A stretch of DNA of 64,000 bases. Origin: Lama guanicoe (Eukaryota). A model generated the notes under the pieces. That model had not been told where the DNA came from, searched no databases, and saw only the letters and a program-made list of their open reading frames with translations. Positions 1 to 12,337 of this stretch are shown piece by piece (position 1 is the first letter of the stretch; each line of letters starts with the position of its first letter). Location: positions 1,933,518-1,997,517 of the forward strand of contig MU053810.1 in assembly GCA_013239625.1 (NCBI GenBank). The letters run 5' to 3'. Position numbers and translations under genes: made by a program.

Positions 1-243
1 TTAAGTAGCCAGCCCAAATAGCTCACCCCTAGGAAGCATATGTTTTCTAGTTTTCAACAGACTTTTGTTTACACTTCTTTCCCAATTTGCGGTACCCTCT
101 CTTTCCTTTACAATCAATTTATACTTATTACATACTTCAAAACTCAAAAAACTTTTTCTTCTAAATATTTTACCTTAATTGCCTTCCTTGTGACAATGCA
201 TTAGATTGATTTTCTATTTTTATTTTATATATACATAATGATA

Positions 244-417
244 GCATTTATTCAGGAAATATAGATTTGGGGCAGGAGGCAATTACTGTTTTCAAGGCAC
301 GGTGGAAAAAGCTGGGAACAAAACAAGACAGTGAAAGTTCTTGCCCTGGTGGAGCTTCTATTTGATGGAGAAGACAGACTACAAGCAGTTAATGAGTGCT
401 AAGTAGTGAAGTATAGC

Positions 418-456
<39 letters not shown>

Positions 457-622
457 CCACAGAAGAAAGTAGCTGAGGAGGTGGCATTTGCACAAACACC
501 TGAAAAAATCAGGAAGCAAATCATCTGAAAGTCTAAGAGAATAGTTTTCTGGAGAAGATCAAGGGTAAGGGCCCAGGAGTGAGAACAAGGTTTGAGTAGC
601 AAGAAGATTGGATAGCTGGAGC
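244..622 (-). mobile_element. LINE-2 (L2) 3' fragment, interrupted by an (AAT)n microsatellite
   Basis: Antisense L2-like motifs (gaacaaaacaagacag...cttgccctggtggagcttctatttgatggagaagacagac; aagggcccaggagtgagaacaagg...tagctggagc). Recognised from memory of the consensus; boundaries approximate. Confidence 0.7.
418..453. repeat. (AAT)12 microsatellite
   Basis: Perfect AAT run read directly. It explains the poly-Leu in ORF 399..602. Confidence 0.97.
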
Positions 623-1615
623 CAAAGTCCTACCTCTACCTACAAAGTCCTTGCTGCTCCTTACACCTGGAATGCTCTTTTACCAGATGGAACATGCGCA
701 CATGAGGATTTGGATATTTCCTGTGTCCCCCAGCTACAATGAAGTTCTGGCGGCCTCAGAACCCATATCACCTCCTAGCACGTAGATGGCGCTCTATAAA
801 TTATCTGTTGGCTGTACGATCAATGTATGGTCAAAATCCCGACAGGTCCTACCAAGCACAGAACTTAAACTCTTTTACCGTTGAGTAGTATGTCAAAGTT
901 TTAAGCTTCTGAAACAATTTGAGAAGCTGAGTGTCTTCATGATTTTTGTGACAACCAAATTGTTCAAATGTAGAAATTGTAAACTTCCTGAAAGGGGGTG
1001 CTGGCATAGAAATTCCAGTGATCATAAAATGGAAGCTGTAATTCTCCAGGAAAATAAAGGAAGAAAAAGCAGACAGTTCTCAAGCTGTTATTGTAGGTGA
1101 CTGAGTCAATAAGAAATGTAAAGGAACACTGCAGGGTCCAACTTCCACAAACAAAAATAAATGAAATACCGGAAACATGTTTTTTAGCTTCTGCAGAGCA
1201 CTTTTGAACTGTAATTGAAGACTTTTATGACAGCCTTGAAGTTCTGATTATGAATGCAATTTCATTAGGACTATAACATTGATTTATTCAATACATTTTT
1301 TTTAAAAAAAACACTACTGTGTCTCAAAAGAATGTAAACATGGATCTTCAGCAGAGTAAAAAGTATTCAAGGCCATAATCACCAACTCAGTAGGCAATCC
1401 AAGCAAAACCAGAAATAATCACAATCCAATTGAAATATTGACAAGTTTTAGGAGGATAGGGCTGGAAATAGAACAGAGAAAAGAGAATGGGAGTGACATT
1501 TGCAATCTAAAGGAAAGCTGTTCTAACAAGCTACTTGCAGCGAACAAATCTAGGTTCCTGGAGTCTTCCAATGTGACTTGGTATTCCTAGATATAATGGT
1601 TTTTCTCTTAGGGCC

Positions 1616-2025
1616 TGCTATGGACTAGATTGTGTCCCCCTAAAATTCATATGTTCAAGCCTTCGCTCTCAACATGATGGTATTTAGAGATGGGGGCTTT
1701 TGGAGATAATCAGGTTTAGATGCGGTCTTGAGGGCGAGGTTCTCATAATGGGATTAGTGGCCTTAGAAGAAAAGACATTGGAAAGCTTGTTGTTCAACTC
1801 CTCCCAACTCCCCTCATCTCTCTGTCCCTCTCCCTCTTGGGCACATGAAGACACAGCCAGAGGGTGGCCAGCCATCTGCAAACCAGGAAAAGAGTTCTCA
1901 CCAGAACCCAACCATGCTGACACCTTGATCTCAGACTTCCACCTTTCACAATGGTGAGAAAATAGATTTCTATTGTTTAAGTCCCTCTGTCCATGGTATT
2001 ATAACAGCCTGATCCATCTAAGACA
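1616..2025 (+). mobile_element. MaLR solo LTR, MLT1A-like
   Basis: Starts tgctatggactagattgtgtcccc..aaaattcatatgtt, contains ccagaacccaaccatgctgacaccttgatctcagacttcc, and ends ctaagaca (TG...CA). Degenerate 5-bp flanks gggcc/ggact. Confidence 0.88.
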
Positions 2026-2709
2026 GGACTCCAGGAAACAGGGGGAAAGTTTTAACATATAGAGGAAATAACATCATAGTGGAACCGTATCTTTTTCTTC
2101 TCCAAGGAAGCACCTAAGTGGGGTGTTGCTTACCTTCTTACATTCACAGATGAGAATTAGTTGGCAAAATCTACATAACATACACTTTTGTGGGTCCAGC
2201 TTCTAATTGAAATTAAACACATACCTACTTGCCAGAAGAACTGCAGAGAATTTTTCAGTTACCAGCTGGATAAGTCTGTTTTAATTTTGATGAGTCCCAA
2301 TTACTGACAGTAGTCTTCGAAATCAGCAATTTACAAAGAATGCAATAGTTGCACCTTTCCTGGTGTTATGGTATAGCAGAAACATCAGAAATAATGTGTT
2401 TTGCTGATTCTTTCCTGTTGACTTATTATCCATTGTTGATAGACTCTCCCATTAGGAAGAGTTTTCCCTCTGTTTTTCCAATGAATTTAATGGCAACTTA
2501 AACTAAGAAGGTAGGTGACATGTTAATGGATTTTTATCTGTGACTTGAGTCAAGGGGCTAAACCATTCAGAAAAGCAAAGTTTTCCCACAAGTTTCAGTC
2601 TTACCTTAACCTCCCATATCTCTAGCCAGGGCAATTCAGGAAGATCCACTCTCACAAAAGTTAGATAATTAGGGGAAAATCAACAGAAATTAGTGTGGGG
2701 GGTGGTTGG

Positions 2710-3090
2710 GGACAGCCTCAGGAATCATCAGTTGCAAAGAACAGAAACTCACATTAGCAAAGTCGAGTGAAATAGGCATTCATTGCAAAGATGTGGGTAA
2801 CTTCAAAGAATGGAAAAAACTCCAGCTGAGCCATCAGGCACCTCCTCTCTTCCTGCCCTGAAACACGGTTCTCGGGCCTTTTCTGGATATCTTTTCCATT
2901 TTCCTCTAGGCAGATCCATTTCCTTTTCTAACTTATTGGTTTAATTCCCAAATAATCTCAGATTGTGTGTCTCCCAATTCTTTTCAATGCCGTAGTTCAC
3001 TCTTGGTCTCTCACTGTCCCTATTCCATAGTCCCAAGGAAGTCTGTCCAGTCTGATCCAATTTGCTTTGGAGAAGGAACAGCAGCCAGGT
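2710..3090 (-). mobile_element. Old MaLR LTR (MLT1K/L-like), degenerate
   Basis: cagttgcaaagaacagaaactcac...aataggcattcattgcaaag resembles the antisense 3' end of old MLT1 LTRs. Right boundary uncertain. Confidence 0.5.
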
Positions 3091-5504
3091 ACATAGACAC
3101 AGGGCATTACGTACATTAATGACTGAGACCCAGTCACAGGTTCACGGGTATCCAAAAACTTAAAATGAACCAAAACTCACCGCTCCCCTGCTGATTTTGA
3201 TACATACAGAGTTTGAAACCATTCTCCCAATTTCCATCTCCCTGTTTCTTGACCTAAAGGTGGTTCCATAACCACCTAAAAAAATTTTTCAACACTTTTC
3301 AGCTCACAGTTTGGCAAGGCAGATTATAAATTCATTCCCCTGGTCAAGTCACAAGAATTGAAAATAAGTTCACATCCTACCAGTGTCATCATTATCATCA
3401 CGGAACCCGGCAACCTTTCCTTTCTTCTCTTTATTTCCTATTTTCCATTAAAATACAAAACGACATGTTAGAGAGAGTGCAGAGGGAGCCCCCTGTGAGC
3501 CTTGGTACAAGCAGAGCTCCAGAAAGAACAATTTCCTGGGCTAGCTTTTCTTACAGTAACCTTGGCCCAGATAATGACTGAAGTGTTCATTCATCAAAAC
3601 ACAATTATACTAGCAAAGAAAAATACAATTATTTTGACTTTTAATGAGAAGGGCTTGCATTTTCTGTCCCGGGAAACAGCTTCTAAAGTTAAATATCTCC
3701 CAAGATAATGAAGAACTAAGATTAAGGTAATTTTAAGTAATTGTGTATATGATAAAATGGATGAAAATGTTCAGAGACTTGGCTAATTTGTACACAATTT
3801 TCTACAGATCGTGGGATGAAGTAAGTTTTTACCAATTAAGTTGGTAACCTATTATTCAAAGAAATGAAACTTGATTGTAATAATTATTATTCATTTATTA
3901 TGCAAAAACCTTACCATTGCCGAAATGAAAAATCTTTCTCAGCCAGTTAATAGGCACTCATTTCATACTCTGTGTTCATTCTATACTTCCCACTGGAAAT
4001 ATATGTGTGTTGCTTAGTCGATGCTGAAAGATGATAATGACCAACTGGGTTCTTTTGGGCCCTTTTGGAATTTACAAGAATATAATTTATCCTCTAAATT
4101 GACTGAACTTGGGCTAGAATTACAGTGATCCCAAACAGATAAAAATGGAGACTATTTTCGTTTTAAGTCCCTCAACAGTTATTTAATTTAAAATGCATTG
4201 CCTTTTGGTATTTAAATAAATTAACTGACAGCTGCAAGAAATCACTTATATCGTATTTTGGAAGGTGACTGATATTTGCAAGCAAATAGATCCTAAAGGA
4301 CACAGAGCAGAGAAAGAAGAAAACATTTCTGCAGAATGTTTTTCGATTATTTCTTTTTCTTCTTCCTTGAAACATGGGCCCAAGGGAACAAGCCTCTCCT
4401 TCACCCTGACTAGTTTTACAGCTAACCAGCATTCTAAGGAAAGGAAGCTGTCATCCCCAGTGCACTTTGCAGAACAAACAATATACTTCCTGTGACCACA
4501 TTATGCACTGCCATGATCTCCAATTTGGTGCATTTGAGCCTGTAAGCCACAGGAATCAAAGTCACTGAGCAGTGGGGGGTAAATGAAATAATTGTCCACC
4601 AGTTGTTTTATTAAAGATTGGGCAGCTGGAGTAGTCTCGAAGCAAGTGTATCTACTGCCCCTGGGGATCGCTAAGACGAATGTTACAACCTCCAACTTAA
4701 AGGAACATTCTTAGAGGAATGCATTTCTTTTTTTGACCAGAGCATCAATAATATATTTTGCTTCCCTCTAACATGCAGGCTGCCTGGGGAAAGCAAAAGC
4801 AAATAAAAAATTCCCTGCAAATAATAAAATCCAAAGTGAGGTCAACATTTCCATCCTTGGCAGGTTTTGCCAGTGTGAACCCTCCTCTTTTTAATCAGGG
4901 ATAATTTTGCCAACAGCACAGCAGCCCTGCGAGCTCATGGAAGATGAATTCCATGTTTTCCTAGCTGGATGACTGCAGCCTGCTGCTGGAGTGATTTGGA
5001 TGCTGGCATTACTTTTCTGGTCTTTATTGTTGAATGAGGAAAAAATATTGCCTTGTGTTCTTTACAATGTGTAATTTTGAACTGGCAAAATAATGAATCA
5101 ATACCTTACACATTTTATTTCCCATGAATAGAGACTGACAGACAAGAATGCAGATGAGTAAATAGCTATTGAATCTTGCTGGGGGAAGCGGGGAGGCACT
5201 CCTTGTCCATGGCTAATACATAAGCACCCCCCCAAACCCATCAAAATCCATTAAAACAATAACATAACACAGTAATCATCAAATATGTGCCATGCTGATG
5301 TGCCCGCAATGGTTTTAGATCCCTGCAGAGGATCCCCAAAGCACTTTTCGTTGCAGTTGTTCCCAAGAGATAAGTAGCAGGAAGCACATGTGACCTGCAT
5401 AATCCCCAAGGCTTGAACTCAAAGATGAAGCCAGTTCTGGGGTCTCCCTTCTTTCCTCACCTCCTTTTCCACAGGGTATTTAGTTAGTCTGCAAGAAGCC
5501 AAAC

Positions 5505-5725
5505 ACTGATGCAATGGTAGAGAACAAATTCTGGCCACACTGCCTGGGTTCGTTACGTAGCTTCGACAGCTAACCAGCCGTGTGACTTCCAGTTAACCCT
5601 CTTACCTGCTCCAGGACAGTTTCCCCATCTGTGAAGTAGAAATAGTAAGCCCACCTGCCTCATGGGTTTGTCGGGAGGGTTAAGCGAGCTGGCATTTATA
5701 AGCTACTCAGGGTGGTAATGGACAC
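5505..5725 (+). mobile_element. MIR SINE
   Basis: ctgcctgggttcg...tgtgactt...cagtttccccatctgtgaagtagaaatagtaa..cctgcctcatgggtttgtcgggagggttaag matches the MIR core and tail. Confidence 0.8.
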
Positions 5726-6968
5726 CTTTGACAGTCTTTGTTAAAACAAATGGATAAAAAACCAAAACAAAGCCTTCCTAGGGGAAACTGGGACTTCTCC
5801 GGTTTCAGAATTACCCTGTATCACGCGGAACTGGGTCAGAGTCAAGACATTTTCAAACAAATCTAAACTGCACAGTTGGACCTAATCATATTTTAAGGCT
5901 GTTTCTCCAGAGTGCCAAGGTCATCTGACGCTTCGAGATGACCTAACCAAAAGTTCTGTGTGCTGCCTTGGTACCCTTGTAACCGACAGCCGCTCTGACA
6001 TCTGGTATCCTAGGATTTGCAGAATAGCCATACATCAATACTGAGTTTTGGGGACTTAATGGCAGGGACATGAGTATGGTGTATTATTCAGTGCCTTCTT
6101 GAAGATAGGAAAGGTACAATAAAAGAAAGGACATGGAGTCAGAATCAAAATAAACCTGTGAGCTGACTCATCCCCTTACCGGAAGTGTAACTTGGGTCTC
6201 AGTTTGTTTACATGTGAAAGGAGGATTGGAGTAAATCTGGGAATCTCAGACTAAGGTTTCCTGATTCTGAAGTTCTGCGTTGTTTTTTTTTTTGTTTGTT
6301 TGTTTTCTTTTTTAAAGAAGTAGTCTGTGAGCCATTTTCAATGTTTCAAACAGCCTAAAGGAAAACCTGCACTCACTCAAGATAACACTGTGGGAGTTTG
6401 TAGAAACTTTAAGTTTTATTGTTTGGCTGGGTTTTTTTTTTTTTTTTTTTTTCCTTTCCCTACTGGCAGGAATTTTATCACCTTGGTGCAGTGACATTGG
6501 TTGTCTTGTGCTGATGAGAAGTTCTGAATAGTAATATAGATGCTGTAGGTAGTAAAGGATGGGAATACAATTTAAAGATTACTAAAGCAAATGAATCATT
6601 TTCAGACCAAAATCTTTCAAAATAAGGAAACTAAAGGGGGAAGAGAAATAATAGAAGGGATCTTTACTAGCAGGGAGGTTGGGATTCTGAACTCTGTGAG
6701 GCCCTTCTTGGCTCCTGAATTTCAAGATTATATGATGCTAATGACCTACAACCCAGAGAATAAAATAAAATGAATTTAATTTAGATGGTGGAGAACAATA
6801 CACACTCTAACACTGAAGGAAAATGTGAAGTAAGGGCTAGTTAGAAAAGCACATGAGAAATTGCAAAGCACAAGATTCATCTTCTTCCAGAGGGAGAGAC
6901 TTGAGAAGTCATAAAAATAAGTGAGGACAGTGGGTTTCAAGGATAACTTATTAAAGTTAATGTTAAGT

Positions 6969-6997
6969 GTTGTCATGACAACGCATGCTAATATAAA
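6969..6997 (+). promoter_or_regulatory. Candidate RFX X-box palindrome followed by TATAAA
   Basis: Perfect palindrome GTTGTCATGACAAC (6969-6982) and TATAAA at 6992-6997. Motif evidence only. Confidence 0.35.
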
Positions 6998-9436
6998 CTG
7001 GGAGCTGTGTACCAAGGAGACTCCATCCACCAATAAACGAACAAGAACCCATTTCTCAGCGTGAATTCTCAGGAGCCGTGGGGCCTGAGTTTTCAAGACT
7101 GGATTCAAAGATATCACCCACGTTGGATAATGCAGAGATGAAAATATTGACAAGAGTAAGAGGATAAGATGAAATACACAAAATTTGGTTAAGGGAGTAA
7201 CAAAGCCCATTTTTTTACTTGATGAGGGCCCAATATACTCAAAACTTCAATTATATATCCTAGGAGCCAGAGGAAAATGTGAGAGAGATTATTCAAAGTG
7301 AGATATGGCTAGCAGCAGCAATGGACTGACTTTTCCAACTAAAAATATGTTTAATATAAATTGTTAGTGGATCAAATATACCAAATGGATGTTCATGATA
7401 TAGTGGAAAGAATATCAATTTGGGAGTCAGATGCCTGCAACCGTTTTATTAACAGGCTATATGATTTGGAGTGAAAAGAAGCTTTATTCATTCTTTTCAG
7501 CAAATATTTATTGATCCCTTGTTACAGAAGCAGGCACAATTGACTACTGTCCAGTTTCTTTATCTGTCAAGTTAATGGAGTGGACTAAATGATTCCTAAA
7601 TAACTTCCGCCTCTAAGAATCTTTGCCTAAAATGTTAACTAATATTTTCTTTATCTCAGAACAAAATAGCAGTAGACTATGATGCATTTACCAACAGTAC
7701 CTCCAATTGTAGATTTTAATTATGCTCAGAGAAAGTTGATGCCAAAGAAGAGAAAAAAAATATAGAATACAAATATTGGAGTGATTTAGTTAAGTGATAG
7801 AAAGTATTTCTTGGAATAGAACGATTTGAGGAATTTATCATGAGAGTGTAGAATACAGATATTAAAAGATTCTTAAATCACTTCTATGTAGTTTTAAAAT
7901 GATCAATAATTGTAATTTGTCATGACACCAAATGTTCTAGCTATGCTTAAAATATCAGACTGTAATTATCTTATCTTAATGTGGAAATAGTTTATGATTT
8001 TAAATGAACACTTTTAGAAAATATTGCATCAATTTGTGAGTTAGTTACTTTAGTGCCAATACCATACATATATTGAATTTCTTTGTTGGTAAGGTTGGAA
8101 AGACTCAACACATAGCATTGTGAAAAGGGTACTGGACTAGATGTCCAGGAATCTGAGCTACATGTCAGACTCTGGCGCAAGATTATAGACCCATCTCCTG
8201 TCCTGAAGTGCCCCTGTTGATAAAATGAGGGCATTAGACTAAATGGAGCCAGGATTTTGATGAAAAATAATTAAAATCCCTTCCAGTTACTCAATCCACC
8301 TTAAAGTTCAGGATCTCCAGGCTTCAACTGGCTCTGGAAGCAGTGACTCTATATTGTCTGGTGACCTATGACCTAAATGGCCATTATCTGCATACACTGT
8401 CCCTGCTCCCGAACATGTTCAAAATCCAATAGTGCATTCAGGCCAGGGATAAATGCTCCCATTTGCAAAAGGAAAAGAATAGGAGATGTGCAGATGTCAA
8501 TAGTCCATGGCAAAGATGGACTCCTGCCAGCCAGGAGACGTGAGATGGCCCTGCTGTAGCAGTGCTGGAAATTTCTTAATTAGACTCCCATTCTTATGTT
8601 CTGAAAAGAACTCACTCATCCATTTGCTCTGAACCTTCCTGGTCCTTTATCTACCATGGCCACAGCTGAACTTGGGATTTGGGAGCATGCCTCAGCGGAG
8701 AACACAGAGCTTTCTGCTAGTGCAAATTTGGAACTTCACAGGTGTTTCAAACTCAATTTTTTATTCCAGACTTCTCATTTCTTGGCAATACAGCTTTCTA
8801 AAAATTTACTAGACTTTTAAATCTATATTTGCATAGAAACATGCCTAAATTTCTTCTTAGATGTAATATTCCTGATTTTTTTCTTTGTGTCTAAGCCCCA
8901 TGCTTCTTTCTATCCACTTAATGTTACATACTTGGGAGCTATCTGAAGTAATAGGTGGAAAGGCCTCTCCCCCAACCTGATGTTTGCTGAAAGCTGAGTC
9001 AAGTTGACTTGCAGCGTCTTGTAGTGTCTTATTGGCCTTCGTCCTTCCCTAAGGCTCTTACTCATTTGTGTCTCTTCCATTTGAAACATGTGACTTCCAA
9101 ATTTGCTATAGACAGGAGCAAAGAGTTGATAATTGGGATTGAGAGGTTTTAAGACCAGGTACCCATTATTTTCACATCTCATTGACAGGAACTCAAAAAT
9201 TGGCAAGGAGACTGAGTAATGGAATCTAGCTCAGCATTGCTCAGTAGTTTCTACAATGATGCATATATTCTGTTTTCCACACTGTTGTAAAATTAGACAT
9301 TCACCACCTATGGCCATGGAGCACTTGAAATCTGACTAGTACAAGTGAAGAATTGAAATTTTTTAGTGATCTTTTGTATTTATTTGACAATTTTTGATTT
9401 GATTAAAAGAGTGAATATTTTCCTATTTTATTGGCC

Positions 9437-10236
9437 TTTTAAAAACATTATTTATTATGTTATAGTCATTTTACAGTGTTGTGTCAAATTCCAGTGTACA
9501 GCACAATGTTTCAGTTACACATGAACATACATATATTCATTGTCACATTTTTTTTTCACTGTGAGTTACCACAAGATCTTGTATATATTTCCCTGTGCTA
9601 TACAGTGTAATCTTGCCTATCTATTCTGCATATGCCTGTCAGTATCTACTAAGTTTGAACTCCCAGTCTGTCCCTTCCCCCTTGCCCCCCCTTGGCAACC
9701 ACAAGTTTGTATTCTATGTCTATGAGTCTGTTTCTGTTTTGTATTTATGTTCTTTTTGTTTGTTTGTTTTTTGAAATTCCACATATGAGTGATCTCATAT
9801 GGTATTTTTCTTTCTCTTTCTGGCTTACTTCACTTAGAATGACATTCTCCAGGAGCATCCATATTGCTGCAAATGACGTTATGTTGTCGGTTTTTGCGGC
9901 TGAATGGTATTCCATTGTATAAGTATACCACTTCTTCTTTATCCAGTCATGATGTTGATGGACATTTAGGCTATTTCCATGTCTTGGCTATTGTAAATAG
10001 TGCTGCTATGAACATTGGGGTGCAGGTGTCTTTTTGAAGTAGGGTTCCTTCTGGATATATGCCCAGGAGCGGGATTCCTGGGTCATCTGGTAAGTCTATT
10101 CCTAGTCGTCTGAGGAATCTCCATGCTGTTTTCCACAGTGGCTGCACCAACCTGCATTCCCACCAGCAGTGTAGGAGGGTTCCCTTTTCTCCACAGCCTC
10201 TCCAGCACTTGTCTTTTGTGGACTTTTGAATGATGG
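9437..10236 (-). mobile_element. Young lineage-specific L1, 5'-truncated (~800 bp: ORF2 end + 3'UTR)
   Basis: Well-preserved antisense L1 (ttggctattgtaaatagtgctgctatgaacattggggtgcaggtgtc; ttccacagtggctgcaccaacctgcattcccaccagcagtgtaggaggg). Exact TSD ttattggcc at 9428-9436 and 10237-10245. Confidence 0.93.
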
Positions 10237-10245
10237 TTATTGGCC

Positions 10246-10335
10246 ATTTTTTAAAAATTAAAGTACTGTCTGTTGCAATGCATCAATTTCCAGTGTACAG
10301 CACAATGTCCCAGTCATTCATATACATACATATAC
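10246..10335 (-). mobile_element. Very short L1 3' end (~90 bp), older than the adjacent L1
   Basis: Reverse complement gtatatgtatgtatatgaatgactgggacattgtgctgtacactggaaattgatgcattg..cagtactttaatttttaaaaaa closely matches the L1 3' end at 42621-42720. Confidence 0.85.
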
Positions 10336-11500
10336 AGAATTGAATTTTTAATGCCATTTAATTACATGTAAATTAAACTTCAATAGCACACGTGGGCAGC
10401 AGCCACCATATTGGCCAGGGCAGGATCTTGTTTCCCCAAGAAGAAATGAGTTTGGTGAGCAACATGCTAGTCTCTGCCCCAGCTGTGGGCACTCCCACTT
10501 GTGCTACCAAGACTAGAATGCCCCTGTATCAAGTATATCCCCTGTGTTGCCTTCCAAACATTGTTCTTATACAAAAACTAGAAGTCGTTCCTACCCTCTT
10601 CATCCATGCATCCCAATCCATGCTGAGAAAAAAAAAAATGCACCACTTATATTTACAGTGGATTGTTTTAAAAACCCTACATGAGAAAATTGTTCATGTT
10701 CTATATATAGAAACAGGAATTGAAAGTAAGAAGAAGGACCTATGCTGATCACAAAAGTTTCTCATTTTACCTTCCCCTTGTTTCATGAATAAGAAACATG
10801 TTAATCTCCCCACTTTCAGTTCTGAATGAGTTGCAGGTAGGCTTCAGTCTGTTGAAGCCTTTTCATCTACAGTATTTTGTGTGGGACAATGTCATGAGAA
10901 GGTTATTGTGGGCAGTGAAGTGTGTTAGCTACTCTCTGCAGAAAACTAAATCCTCATTGATCAAAATGCAAACCCTCCATAGCCAAGTGTGCAACAATAA
11001 TTTGTAGCAAGGAATTAACTGCGGAAATACATTTTTAAAATTTCCAATTGCTTCCTTAGAGAAAGATCCATTTATATTTTATTAGTTACATTTTACATCG
11101 AAAAAATGAAGTATCTAATAAAGCTAGAAATCTTCTCAAAACATTCAATTTTAATTCTTTTTTTAATTACCCACTTTTTTCCCCAATCTAAGCTGGTGCT
11201 CCTTCATATAGAATTTGTGATCATATATATCTGTTTGTCAAAAGAATTGTGCACTTGAAAAAAAGAGAGAACCTGTATCTTTCTTGTGAGTTGGTTGTAG
11301 TATAATATGGGTGGAATTGAGGCACCTTAGAGCAAATAAAGAAACATTTATCTGCTTATGCAAGCCACAAGTACCCCTCACCCCCGTTAAAGTTCAAGAT
11401 GCAATACTTTAGAACCCCATTAATACTTTAGTCTAATGTATTTATAAGACTATGTTAATAATTATGTCATAATTAAGTATGATATATTACTTTAGTTATA

Positions 11501-12337
11501 TGGTCTTTCCTTAGCATCCACAGAGATTGTTTCCAAGACCCACAGATACCCAAATCCGAAACTTCTCAAGTCCCTTATAGACAAAATGGCATAGTATGTG
11601 CATGCACATCCTTCCATACACTTTAAATAATCTCCAGATTACTCATAATACCTAAAACAATGTGAAATTTATGTAAATAGTTGTAAATAGTATGCAAATG
11701 ATATGTAAATACAGGCACACCCCAGAGATACTGCCAGTTCTGTTCCAGACCACCACAATAAAGCAAATATTACAAAAAAAGCAAGCCAGACAAATTTTCT
11801 GGTTTCCCTGTGCACGTAAAAGTTACGTTTATGCTGTACGGTGGTCTCTGAAGGTGCAACAGCATCATGCCAAAAAACAACAAACATGCTTTGGTGAAAA
11901 ATTCTTTATTGCTAAAAAATGCTAACCATTATCTGAGCCTTCAGCAGATCGTTGTAGTAACATGCAAGAACACTGATCACAGATCAGCATAACAAATATG
12001 ATAATAATAGAAATGTTTGAAATAGTGTGAGAATTACCAAAATGTGATACACAGACATGAAGTGGACAAATGCTGTTGGAAAAGTGGCACCAACAGACTT
12101 GCTCGACGCAGAGTTGCCACAAACCTTCAATTTGTAAAATGTGCACTATCTGGGAAGTGCAATGAAATGAGGTCTGCCTGTAGCTGTAAATACAGTGTAA
12201 ACGCTCTGTAAATAGTTGGCTGCATGAGCAAATTCAAGTTTTGCTTTTTGGGACTTTCTGAATTTTGGGGTCAATATTTTCCATCCGAGGGCTTTTGAAT
12301 CTACAGATGCGGATCCCGGGATATGGAGGGCTGATTG
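11501..12337 (+). mobile_element. MER2B-like TcMar-Tigger element, split by a nested Tigger1 derivative
   Basis: Left part has ttccaagacccacagatacccaaatcc..ctcaagtcccttata..atacactttaaataatctccagattactcataatacc. Right part has gcaaattcaagttttgctttttgggactttctg...gatatggagggctgattg. Confidence 0.82.
11712..12180 (-). mobile_element. Tigger1 internal-deletion derivative (MITE, 469 bp)
   Basis: Imperfect TIRs caggcacacccc / gaggtctgcctg and TA target duplication at 11710-11711 and 12181-12182. Both Tigger1 termini are recognisable (gttccagaccaccacaataaagc; gttgccacaaaccttcaatttgtaaaa). Confidence 0.9.

Larger units (their letters stand above)
9233..10423 (+). mobile_element. MER3-like hAT-Charlie MITE, split into ~9233-9357 and ~10336-10423 by nested L1 insertions
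   Basis: Left half has ttctacaatgatg...gagcacttgaaatctgactagt..gaagaattgaa. Right half has agaattgaatttttaat...aatagcacacgtgggcagcagccaccatattggccagggcag. Joined, the halves give a continuous MER3-like sequence. Confidence 0.75.

Noticed and set aside
399..602. Poly-Leu ORF
   Set aside because: Produced by the (AAT)12 microsatellite within an L2.
6776..7210. 144-aa hydrophobic minus-strand ORF
   Set aside because: No recognisable family. The hydrophobicity follows from the T-rich antisense of purine-rich DNA, and there is no supporting exon structure.
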